Shown here in pieces: positions 28,204-40,739 of a DNA stretch of 64,000 bases. The stretch lies in the NCBI GenBank assembly GCA_000165425.1, contig CT868341.1, positions 62,001 to 126,000 on the forward strand, in the 5' to 3' direction. Numbering within the stretch: the stretch's first letter is position 1; the number at the start of each line of letters is the position of its first letter. The translations under genes were made by a program, and so were the position numbers. The DNA is from Paramecium tetraurelia. Taxonomy: Eukaryota. The notes under the pieces are model-generated. The model had not been told where the DNA came from and ran no database searches. It worked only from the letters and a program-made list of their open reading frames with translations.

Positions 28204-29094
28204 TCAATTGCTAAAGCAGGATTATCGTGGTTGGTCTCTTTAATTGACTACAGATCTTGGAACATGTCCTGCATATCCTGGAATTTTTGTATGACTATGA
28301 TTACTATAAATGATTATACTAATTCTCTTTTAAATTGGTTTTCATAAAATCTGTTCTTGGTTCAGTTCCATTTCCATGCTCCATAGCTTTAGAACTAGTT
28401 ATAATCGAGGGTATGAATCCTGTATATCCAGGGACATGCTACGCTTCTTATGATGTTCCCAATCTCAATTCATCAAATGCTCTCGGATGAGTTTCATCTA
28501 ATTAATTTAATCTTTCTCTGGGATTCTCTCCGATCTACCCATATTGCTTCTTATACTCAGATGGCCCAACTTTCCTATCATAGTTATGTATGCATAATAC
28601 GTTTCCACTACATAAGGAGGTCTATTCAAACTCCATTCAGGTGGCATTGCTCTATTTTTTGCATATGGATCAACAATTGATGCTTAATATGTGGATTTCC
28701 AATGTTCGCAACCAGTCTTGAGTAGAGGGTTCTCTGGTGTTATAGCTGAATTCCCTGTTTTTTGGAAAAAATCGCTAGAAGTTGCACTCTCTAAATGAGC
28801 CTATAAAGATTTAGAATATCATTTCCTTACTTTATTGGCCTTATACACATTCTTATAATGAGGGGGCTGTACTGTTGAATCCAGAGACACTTATTTATTC
28901 GAATAATGATAGTTGGAATTCTTGTAAAAGCTCTCTTTGTCTTCATTTCTAACAGCTATGTTAATGTCGAAATCAAGCTTACTTTGCTCCCAAACTTCAT
29001 TGGAGTCTAATGTACGTTTCCCCGCTTTAAGAGATGGGTATGGCAAATCCCCATAAGATTAGAATGCCGCATAACCAACAACTTTAGGAATCAT
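28204..29094 (-). CDS. FAM166/CIMIP2-like microtubule inner protein (PGY repeats)
   Basis: Repeats VPGYTGFIP and KIPGYAGHVP, typical of FAM166-type doublet inner proteins. Confidence 0.65.
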
Positions 29095-29441
29095 AAATTT
29101 TTAATAATATCAAAATCATCTCTCTATAATTAATCAAAATAACCCTGCAGATTTTATTTGATACTTCCACAACACATTTTCTTTATCTCCTAATCCGCTT
29201 TGATATTGGCTTTTTTTGCAACAGTCAGGCAATCTTGCAGTTTATGTCTTTCCCATTCCAATTTCAGCATAAACACTTACCAATTGAGGAAGAGGGATTA
29301 AGAACATTTCTCATACTATTCCTAAGCCTCCGAATCGATCAAGCTATCGTTTATACAGAGATGCTGTCTTTCCTACTCCTATTTCTTATACTTTCTGGCA
29401 TTCTCCAGGGTCTCATTTGTAATTTCAGACCAATATTCCAT
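29091..29441 (-). CDS. Small helical Cys-spaced protein (weakly FAM136-like)
   Basis: 116-aa intronless ORF MEYWSEITNETLENARK...QYEKCSQ...KLQDCLTVAKK...KMCC; its TGA overlaps the next gene's ATG. Confidence 0.45.
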
Positions 29442-30648
29442 TTACCAATTATAAATTTTAATTATACTTATTTGTTTAAAACTCAGAGAAATCACTTAAC
29501 TATCCTCTGTTTTGACTCCAAACAGAAACGTCTTAGCCATCCTGGAGATCAAAAATTCATGAAGGTGATCGTAAAATCTAAATCAAATTTAGTTATGATT
29601 CTTGATACTCTCTTTAAATCGTTATTACATCAGAAGAAATTGAAAAATATCAAAATATCAGAAATTCAGTTTAATCAGTAGTTCATCAAAAAGTAATCGG
29701 ATTTTTCCAGATCGAAAATGTGATACTCTTTTAAGCTTACACAATATTATTGTAGAAATAGAAATTTTTCCTAAATGAGAAATTTAAATCCTTCATATTG
29801 ATCTATTCATAATATTTATGTGTAGACACTTAAAAAAGAAGAAATATCAATATCTATTTCATTATTGTGATGAGAAATATTCTAAAATTTGAAAGGTGAT
29901 AAACTTGAATTCATGAGTTATTCCTAATTTTAATTAAATTGTCGATAGGATTTGATTCGTTCATGAATGATGGTTTCAACAAAATTAAGAAAAGCTTTGA
30001 AGTTTTTGGAGGCATTCAAAATTTTCATTAAAAAATGATTCTATTGAAAGTTTTCAGCAAAAAGAATATTGAAGAAGAATTATAAAAGATTTTATATTGT
30101 TATTAAATTTGAATTAAAAAACAATAAAAAATTAAAATAGTGTGAAATGATTTATAAATATGAATTAATTAATTGAAGTCTATTATATAATCGTGTAATC
30201 AAGAAAATTAAAAATAATAGATAATTCTCAATTAGACTTAGTCTGTAACATTAAAATGATGGGAATAAATTTAACTTCAATGAGAATGAAAACCACTAAT
30301 TAAAATAGTAAAGTGTGCAAATGGCTTGCTTGGAGTGAATATTGCAATTGCTTGCCTTTATTATTAATTCGAACAGTAATATTGTATTGTCATTCTGCTT
30401 GACTTACCATCCTTCCGTTCTTTCTGAAATAGTTTAATCTGTGTTTAAATTTTGCAGATTGGGATTTGTAAATACTCAACAACTGCTATCAAGAATGTTA
30501 CTCGTTTTTATTTTTTAGAGGACTTTTGGAATTAAGAAAAAAGAGCCTTTGAGTAATTGAGGCTGAGCTCAGATAAATTAATAATAATGATGACGGATAA
30601 ATGAATGAAAAGTTGATTGAAATAAATCTTATATCATTAAAAATTGAA

Positions 30649-30943
30649 TCAATCTAGTTATCCCAAAATGTCTTCTTCAACTGAATTTATGACTTCAAAA
30701 TGAACTCCATTTATCCTTACATTAAACTGTCGATGCGGATCTAAGGTTATAAAGATAGATACTTGTTGGATCATAATCACTATATTCCACATTAGGAGGT
30801 CTTTGAGGAACAAATATTGGTTTTGGTTTTGTGTCAATGCAATTCTGTGAATAAGAAATTATCTTATTTGAAAACTAACTCACAGGAGTTGTTGCGGTGT
30901 TTTAACTATTAATTTTGCTTTTTCTAGTTTAACATGTCCCCAT
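30649..30943 (-). CDS. Small putatively myristoylated/palmitoylated protein
   Basis: MGTCQTRKSK...PIFVPQRPPNVEYSDYDPT, one 22-nt GT-AG intron, then ...INGVHFEVINSVEEDILGQLD-TGA (~90 aa). Confidence 0.65.
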
Positions 30944-31408
30944 CTGAAAAAATAATTTATTTATTTATCAAAATGATTTTTATTAAAATAAGATTATATA
31001 ACAATAATAATAACATATCATTATTAAAAGAATCGCAATACTTACTCTCATCTATTAAAGATATATCAACTTTAGAATTATTCTTAATTTCTTGTGTTTT
31101 AATTATTTATATTACTTTTAGTTAAACCCACGTATATTACATTTGATCTATCTAAGGAATCTTTGGTTCAGACGAGAGTTTAAAGTCCATTCTCGATATA
31201 GATGATATGAGGAGGTGAATCAGGGGCTTAGAAATAAAGAGAAAGTTGTAGTAACGAAAAATTTAAGTATATTTAATTGTTTATTAGGTAAGATCCAGGG
31301 CAACCATTCAAAAATACTTAGAATTTTAGAACACTTAAAGGTAATCCATATATACCTATTAATAGTTATAATAACACATAAAATTAATAACAAAATTCTC
31401 AGGAATCT

Positions 31409-33061
31409 TCATTGGTTAAGCATGAAATCATAAATTCTAAGTGGATTGTATAATTGAGGTTTAAAGGTGCATTCCTACATTACTTTTTGCTCCTATTCTT
31501 GTTTCACTAATTCAAGTTTCTACAATGAAATGATAATTAATTACATTCTATTATAATTTAGGGCCTGATTTAACTAATTTCATTGAGTGCTTGCATAGTT
31601 TAGGCTTAGTTTAATATAAACTGTTACTTAAAAAGTACATTAATCGAGATCTAGCATTTTTTTTGGTCTTAATCCATTTATTAATTTATTTTTATCTGAA
31701 ACATTTAAAGATTATATCAATCTATTGGCTGCTTCTATAAATTATTCTAAATCTAAATGAGCCTAGATTGATTCCATTTCACATAATAGGGGTGCTAGAA
31801 TAGATAAAATCTCTGCTTGTATTCCAGATATTTCTATAGAGGATGCCGAAATTTACCCATCTCCATCTGAATCAAGTAATGCGAATATATCTTCAAGAAC
31901 TTTTCTCTTCTTGTCCTCATAAATCTAGCTTGATTTTTCCGAAGATTTGGCCTTAGAATTCATAAGGGATTATCGTTATTATTCAATTAAATAATTGTGA
32001 TGATCCTCTTATACAGTTCTCATCTGAAATAAATATTCTCCAATTGGAAGATTTGAGTTATTTCGCTATAAAATACATCTTTTAGATAATGAATACTTCA
32101 TTGGTGGGTGGTCTTCCAATAATTGGTCGGTATAATTTTTAACCAGTTGTTATATCATGTGTCGGCTCTTCAGTCAGCACAGTTTCTTCTAACTTCTTTT
32201 GTCTTTTCTGTATGGACATTTGCATTCTCTCTAAAAATGGAATATCTGAAGGCTTTCGTTTTATTGGAGACATCATGCAAGAGTAATTAATCATTTGACT
32301 TGCATCTTTCTTTTTCTTTAAAGAATTTAAGCCTTATTGATATAATCGATCATGTATCGAGCTTGTTTGTGCACTCGAGTAGTTTCTTTCCTTTTCTTAA
32401 GAAATCTTTTGGCTTCTAATCAAAATTTATAATCTAATTTACATAGGATTGATGGCAGGCTAAAATGAACAGTATTAATTCTACTCTGCCATTCTACTGT
32501 TTCTTAATTGTTCTTTTCTGTATGCCATCTACTTGCCTTGCATAATCAAATAATCTTAAGTTGGCATGTTAGGTCTTTTGGCCAAAGATAAGCTTTTCTC
32601 ACTTATATACGGCTTGAAAGAATATAAAACATCTTATTTATGCTCTGAAACTCGACTTTGCTTCGATTTCAAATACAACTATTCTCCTGCATTGTATGGT
32701 AATGTTTTTTAAGCACTAAAAGTCTAAGATAAACTGTTGGTGATAAATTATTATTGTCTTTTTTGGGTCTTAACGGCAGCTTCATTATGTAATCGATCAA
32801 AAATGCTTTATTTAGAACAATGGCTATCTTAAAGATTGCTAATTATTGTTTATTCTATTAAAATAGTAGCCTCCTCTTTTAATGAATGTTTGTTAACAAA
32901 TTCTTTTGCAATCATAGTTATATCAGAATCATCGTATACATGCAATGTTTCCTTAAATCTTAATTTGATTGATATACTTGTTTCTTTTCTCCGAGATCAA
33001 ACACTATTTAAAGCACTTCCTATTATTATTTTCCTGGTGTTGACAGACCTCTTGATTTCAT
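31409..33061 (-). CDS. Ciliate cytoskeletal repeat protein (CTFxP / DRL repeats) with EF-hand-like motif
   Basis: Repeats IFDRLHNEA, CSFQPAIN, IHDRLY and ECTFKPQL; EF-hand-like IFALLDSDGDGQIS; tiny introns near the 3' end. Confidence 0.75.
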
Positions 33062-33086
33062 TATTTTATAATATAAATTATCAGTT

Positions 33087-33862
33087 ATGCGCAAACAAAA
33101 TATTTTATCATTTACAAGAGATGAAACTAAAAAGCCATCTATTAATAGAGAAAGACATGTTAATCATTAAATGGCCATTAGCATTGATTCACCAAAAGAG
33201 TTCTAATTTCTACATGCCAAAATTGAAGATATCCTATTTTTAAGACCATCTGACGTTGCCAATCAATAAGGTAATCTTTTGTTGGGTTAGAAGATTTGGA
33301 ATAAAAAAGAATTAAATGGTATGGCAAGGCAGTAAATTTATAAAATGATTTTTCATTTGCTTTAAGACCCAATTTGAGTTCCATATAAGATAAAAAAGTC
33401 AATGAATCTATTCAAGAAACTGAGGATCGTGTGATTAGATAAAGATAAACTAAATGTAGATTCAATGATAAAATTACTAATAGAACCTACGAACTTGAAC
33501 TAAATGGAAGATACTTAGATTAAAAATGCTCTTTCTAAGACAACTACACTCTCTACTCCAAATAATCATTTAAATTATAAACAAGGATGTTTGAACAATT
33601 CAAAAATGCATAGCTTCTCTAAACAAGAGGTAATCAATATGACTGCTTCCTTCAAAAACCTACTTATTTTAATTATACTAAATAAATAAATCATAGGAGT
33701 GCTAAGAGTAAACTCAATCCACTTAATAAAACAGATATTAATGTTACTTTGTTTGATAGTCCAATCTAATATTAGAATGAGTTGAATCGTAAAATTATTA
33801 CAAGCTAAATTCTTTAATCAATTCAATAGCAGAAGAGGAAGAGGACAATCTCAGAATATTGA
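33087..33862 (+). CDS. Hypothetical protein
   Basis: Open in code 6 after removing a 20-nt intron (33271-33290); no known motif. Confidence 0.6.
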
Positions 33863-33902
33863 TTAATATTTGTATACTAATTAAGATTTCAGATATATAA
33901 AA

Positions 33903-35387
33903 TCAATTCTAAAGTTAAAACTAGAATGGGTAGTTCGGTTCTTCATTCAACATTATTAGAATAGTTGTTTTGTTTCCAATATTTAATTTCTATTTTTTCG
34001 TAACTAATGTTTTGACAACTGTTAAAATAGCTGTATCCTAAAACTCGTTGATTTCCCTTCCATAATATCTTATATATGGTTCTTAAAAATGCTCCAAGTT
34101 TATTATTATTGTAGAATCTTTTTTACTCTCATTGAAAATATCATAAATCAATCGCATAAAGTAGGTCTTAATCATCTTTACCTTAGCCTCTTACGATGTG
34201 ATAATTTTATAATTTATCTATTTAAATTTAAAAAATTCCTTCAATCTTGATAAAATGGGGTCAATTGAAAATTCTTATTATTTGAACTAATTGTTTAATA
34301 TTTTGTAATTCAAAATTTATTTGAAACAATTTATCCTTAATAAATGTAATTGATGCATGTTGGCTTATCTTAATGAAATTGACAGATTGCTTACTATACA
34401 TTTGAAAATCTTGAAATGAATATGTCTTTCCTTTTCAATTGTCTTGAAAAAATAGCGTTTTAATTTCTCCTATGCTTGAGGGTTATTCTCAAATTTTATC
34501 AAAAATGTCGGCTATTAATAACTAAAGAAGCAAATTGTTATCATTTTCGTTTATTTGGAGCCTTTTTTTATCTCAATTTATTTACTATAAGACTTAATCT
34601 CTTGAGATTATCTTCGCCTAATGTCTGAAAAGCAAAACTATTCGAGACTTTACTATTAATAATTCCACTCCCTTAAGAATTACTTCAAATTCTCTGAGTT
34701 GTCACAACAAAATTCCAATTAACGCGATGAAATTAATGAAAATCTCAAATGGCTACTTTCAAATTGAAATAAGATATATGACTTATTTACAATAATTGGC
34801 AAAATTTATTCCATTAAATTATCCTTTAAACTTAATAAAAAGAAGCTACGACTCTCGTAATTTAACTTTCGAATATAAAAACTTAAAAAGAAAATTAACA
34901 ATATTGTAGCAAAATAAACATTGTATTATGGGTTATTGGCTTCATATATAGCAATCCCTAATCGTATTAGCATTGTAGTGGTTACGAGGAATATTCCCTA
35001 ATACACATCCACAGCCAAAATGATCACAAAATTACAAGCAACAAAATTATTAGCAAATAATTAGTGGGCTTCATATGAAATAGTACTTGTTAACATATAT
35101 TAATATGCTAATAGCAAATAGTTTAAAATCACCAAACAGGACTATACTAATTGAGGCTTCCATTTTATTATGAAAATTGATAGGATGAGATAAATTTAGG
35201 TCACAATTATTATGCTCAAATGATTCAATTAGTTATCCAAGATTTCTGTGATCATTTTCGTCATGCTGATGAAAAACAACCCTATTGCGCTAAAGAAATA
35301 GACTGGTTTTCTCAACTAATTGATTTTCTATTCCTAATATTCCCTTTCAGATCCTTTATCTAAAAATATTAAACTATATTTGTTCAT
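33903..35387 (-). CDS. Multi-pass membrane protein (about 6 TM) with cytoplasmic C-terminal domain, ciliate expanded-family type
   Basis: Intronless 494-aa ORF: MNKYSLIFLDKGSEREYQ, then ~6 hydrophobic helices, then a soluble region. Confidence 0.7.
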
Positions 35388-35512
35388 CTAATATTAATAA
35401 TTTAATTGTCGATCTTCTTTAATGAAATTTAAATATTTACATTTTATTAAGATATTTCGATTCAACTCTCATGATTTAAATTTATATTTCAAGATATAAT
35501 TTAATCAATCAA

Positions 35513-36880
35513 ATGAAAAAATAAATAATCAAGTGTAATCATTCCCATTAGTATAACATTTAGAAGCATTAATATTTAATATAATTAATATTTTTTAATT
35601 TAGTTCTTTGCCAGAAGTATATAATTAAATTATTTTATAACAAAACTAGTTTTGTAATTAAAAGCCATTTAGATTTTGTGTTACTAAACTACCTTCTCAA
35701 TTTAATATTCCTGAAATTATGCAAGTCTAGTGTTTATAGGTATTTTTAATTTTAAATCCCTCTCACTTTAGCAATATACATTTTATTTTGTGGTTGTTCG
35801 TTTTTCTAATTTAGATATTTATTTTTACATCTCCTTATTTTGTTACATTAGAATATCATTTATCACCAATTTGGCAATCAAAAGGATTAAGACTTTGTGG
35901 CATTAACAAATTTGATAGATTGCATCTTAATTTTATCATAATTTAATATTGTTATTCATTTGGTGTAATTCAAGAATCTTCATAGCCTATAACCTTAATA
36001 TGGCTAAACACCCTTTTACAATATTATAAGCTTTCCTTAAACATATGGCTACTAATTTCCATTTTTTTTGCTTTATGAAAATTTAAATAAAAATAATCTA
36101 TTAAATAATATAAACTATATTTGAGAAATTAAATTTTGATGTCATTAAGAGAGCAAATTCAAACAGATTCTATATTATTATAATGGTTTTATGTTGTAAT
36201 TGTTATAGAACTCTTAGTTTTATCATTTTTATTATTTTTCAATAACTTAGAAATGAATTTATAAAAATAATAATAACTATTAATTAAGTTAAATTTAGAC
36301 TAAAATAAGAAAAAAGATTTAATATTTGATAAATTACATCTTATTCATCTGAGCTTAATATAATAGAATAATTTGACTGGTTTAAATCATTTAATGACTA
36401 ATCTTGTTTAAGAAAAGATTCGAAATAATGTTTATTATAAATGTTATGTTCAAAAGATTAGCCATTTTGAATGACTCTCTTTTGGATAAATTCTTTATTG
36501 GATAGACTTTATGGATTATGCATCTATAAAAATAAGTAAAATTATCGTTTTCACTGCTTAAATTTCACTTAATTTAGGTAGAGATTTTTATCTATAAAAT
36601 TGATTTAGCTATTACATAAACAGTTAACAAAAGTAATCTACCTATAATAGTAAAATCAATTATAAAATAAAAAAGAATAAAAATATTTACAAAGAAGTAA
36701 TACATTTTGTTTCTCCAAATAAGATTTTTCAAAGATAATTTTTTTTGTCCTCCAAAATCGCTACTTCCTTCAGATTTTCATAAATATTGAAATTATCAAA
36801 TATTCCATTCAACTTTCTTTACTTTTGTTAATTAAATCAATGAATCTCTTACACTGATTAGATGCAATCGCTTTTTATGA
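35513..36880 (+). pseudogene. Probable decayed membrane-protein gene
   Basis: Hydrophobic coding-like fragments interrupted by TGA stops and frame breaks, in an otherwise unusually long gap. Confidence 0.2.
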
Positions 36881-37150
36881 ATTATAAAAAAATGTATAAA
36901 TAATTCTTTATTTCAAAATTTTCAGTATAATTTTATTTCAAAGAAAACAAAATTTAATGAACATCTCTTTATTTTAGTTTATTAATTAAAAAATGGCTAA
37001 TGCAAATTAGATTCTTTATTTTATAAAAATAATGCAATCATAAGATCATTGAGCACATTTGATAATTTTCTTAAATTTTTATAAATCTCATAATTCATAT
37101 TTCTCATTATTAGAAATTAACAAAAATAATTAACAGAAAAATATCAATTT

Positions 37151-38467
37151 ATGAATTCCAAGAGGCCGAGTCAAGAAAGAGTTTCTATTTAATTCAATTA
37201 AATATAATACCCTTTGAACCCGATTGTCAATTCTAACATAGATTATAGTAAAATATCAGGATTGAACTCAAAAAATTCAAATCAAAATGAGGAATTGAAG
37301 ATGACCAATCGATACCTATAAACTTAATTGACACTATATCAAGGTTTAGATTTAATCTAGCATTAGAGAAAGTGGGGGCTCTTGAGAAAAAGGTATCAGA
37401 ATTAACAAATCAAACTGAATATTTACAAAATGAACTATACAATTACCAATTTGAACTTGAATAAGTTTATGTGAATACTCAGAAGCAGTTTAGTTAGCAA
37501 GAAGTCTCAAAAGAGGAAATCGAAGGAAAGGAAGACAATATCAATTCACTTTAGGCCTAAGTTCAAGTTCTCTAAGATAAAATTACAACTCTACACAACA
37601 ACTACCAACAGGAGAGATTGCAAATGAAATAACTGCTACTCAATAAGGAATTGGATAATAAGTATTCACTTTAATAAGAATTAGACTGCTCTATTCCGAA
37701 TTGCATAAGTTACAGATAAATATTGGATAAAAAAGTGTGGTTGAAGACAAACAGCAGTTGAAGGCAGTCATGAATGAATATAATGAATTTAAGATTAAGA
37801 AGTTGAAGGAGATCGAATAATTGCAGGATTAAATAAATCTGTATTAAGAGAAATTAAAATAATTTGATTAAATGTAGATATTTAAATAATTTAATTAGTA
37901 AAATTGAGGAAATGTAATCGAAATATAATGAAATAATCCAGGATTAAGATTAGTAAAAGAAATTGGAGAATTAGTTAAATGCCTAGATCCAATAGCTTTA
38001 AAGTCAATTGTCAATCTTAGGTCACCAATGTTAATCTTTGAAGGACGAGAAAAATTAATTGAATAAAGAGAAACAAGCCATAGAAACCTACTACTTAGAT
38101 TAACTGTAAAAGTAAGATAACTAGATAAATTTGATGATCAAATCTAATCACATATCTGATAGCAAGGTCATCATACAGAAATTGCAATCTTAAATTGAGT
38201 AAGTATTAAGTTAAGTGTAGATCTAAGGATAAGATTATTAAGGAATTAAGCCAATAGAAATGCAATTGCTCAGTTAATGCCTAATACTATAAGGATTTGG
38301 AATAAAAAAACACCACTTTAATTTTGGAGGTGGAAAGATTGAATTCTATTTTGAAATCGAAATTGGTGGAATTGGAGAGTAATGAAAAAAAACTCTAGAT
38401 TGATAAATTAATATAGTAATCATAGTTAGACAATGGTATATTTTAAAAAGTCAAGGCTCAAAAATGA
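37151..38467 (+). CDS. Coiled-coil protein
   Basis: Heptad-rich E/Q/K/L sequence (e.g. LILEVERLNSILKSKL); three 22-23 nt introns restore the frame. Confidence 0.8.
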
Positions 38468-38518
38468 TTATAATTAATTGTTGAATATAATTGATATTAA
38501 AATTGAAATAATTTTGAA

Positions 38519-39264
38519 ATGTTGTAAAGTGAATGGGAGCTAAGCATAGCTATCATAGGAGATTCGGGAGTGGGGAAGTCAACGTTTCTATCAATGTTCA
38601 TGACTAATCAATTTGTGCTAAGACATAATGACAAGATCACAATTGGTCAAAAGGAGATACTGATAGGTCAGAAGCCGGTTCAGATAAAACTGATTGACAT
38701 TGTAAATAGCCATGTATATTATGTCCAAGTCTGGGAAAGAGCCATTCCGTTCGATGGCATGGGTTCATTATAGAACTTGCATTGGAATTATTCTGATTTT
38801 TGATCTTTCTAGCAGGGATAGTTATGAGAATCTGAAGAAATGGTATGAGGAAATCCAATAGTATGTGGATTAAGAGAAACTAGTAATTAGATTGGTTGGT
38901 AATAAATGCGATAAATTGTTTTATGATGACATGGATTAAGATAAGGAGGGTGGGAATGATAGGTATTGAGGATGATTATTTAATTGTAAGGCATTACATA
39001 TAATTTGAAGAAGGTGAGTAATTTGCTGCTACCCATTAAATGTAATATTCTCAAACTTCAAGCAGCGTATTTTCTTTGGCTTAGGATGAGAACTACATGA
39101 GCATTCCTTCTATAATATCTAAATTTACATAAGAAATTCTTGAATTCATAAAAAAGCATGAAGATGGTGGAAAAATTGAAGAATTAATGGGAATAAGAAG
39201 TTTAAAAAAATAGGCTATTGTACAAGAAGTAAAGAAGAAAATCAATCGTAGTTCTTGTTGTTGA
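38519..39264 (+). CDS. Divergent Rab-family small GTPase
   Basis: GDSGVGKS, DISGKE (G3), LVGNKCD, and a C-terminal SSCC prenylation motif. Confidence 0.88.
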
Positions 39265-39394
39265 ATAGAATTGATAAGACACAGCATTATTAATCTATAT
39301 AATTTCTAAATTTTCTACAAATTCAACATTTAAATTGTAAAAGTAACAATTACTAATATTATAATATTTATATAAAAAACAAAAATTCATTCTG

Positions 39395-40148
<754 letters not shown>

Positions 40149-40202
40149 AATTATTATAATTTAACTTTAACATATAAGTTTTTAATTTCTAATTTAATTC
40201 CA

Positions 40203-40727
40203 TCAAAATATTCTCAGATTTTCTTTCTTACAAAGAATCATAGATCCCAGCCCTTATTGGTTGTTTTCATCTTCCAATGAGTTTGTACAATAAGTATTAA
40301 GGCATTCTTATTTCAACTTGATGCAGAATTAAGTCGTGGAATTTCTCGATGAAAATTTGATTATTTCTATAATGTTCATAATAGTAGTTTTCAGTGGTTG
40401 AAATGATAAAAAATAAGTGTTCCTTGAATTCTCTAAAGTTCGTTGTCGTATTGTCGTCAGATTTATTTCTATTGAGTGAAGTTTTTAAAAGATTACGGAG
40501 TTCCGAATATAGAACTTCTATCGCCTATTTCTCTGTGATTATAATCGATAGAGGAGTGGATTTAATGGGAAAGTGCTTATTTTTTAGAATGTTAAGCTTG
40601 ATGCTTCATTTGAGCAGAATAATTTTACATTTATGGATTTAATTAGTGATGCAATCTTCAGCTTGAAATTGTGATTCTATATTTTAAGGTGTGATGGAAT
40701 GAATATTCTTTAGATATTATTTTTCAT
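40203..40727 (-). CDS. Hypothetical protein
   Basis: Intronless 174-aa code-6 ORF (MKNNIQRIFIPSHL...); no recognisable motif. Confidence 0.5.
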
Positions 40728-40739
40728 AATTTATTGTGA

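Noticed and set aside
30250..31425. Plus-strand coding-like fragments at 30250-30610 and 31080-31425 with intron-like GT..AG pieces
   Set aside because: No consistent start-to-stop model could be built; possibly decayed genes, but unsupported.
37662..37685. Apparent frameshift in the coiled-coil gene
   Set aside because: Explained by a 23-nt GT-AG intron.
40203..40727. Apparent in-frame TGA codons suggesting selenocysteine or readthrough
   Set aside because: Re-reading gives a fully open frame from the ATG at 40727; the TGAs are in another frame.
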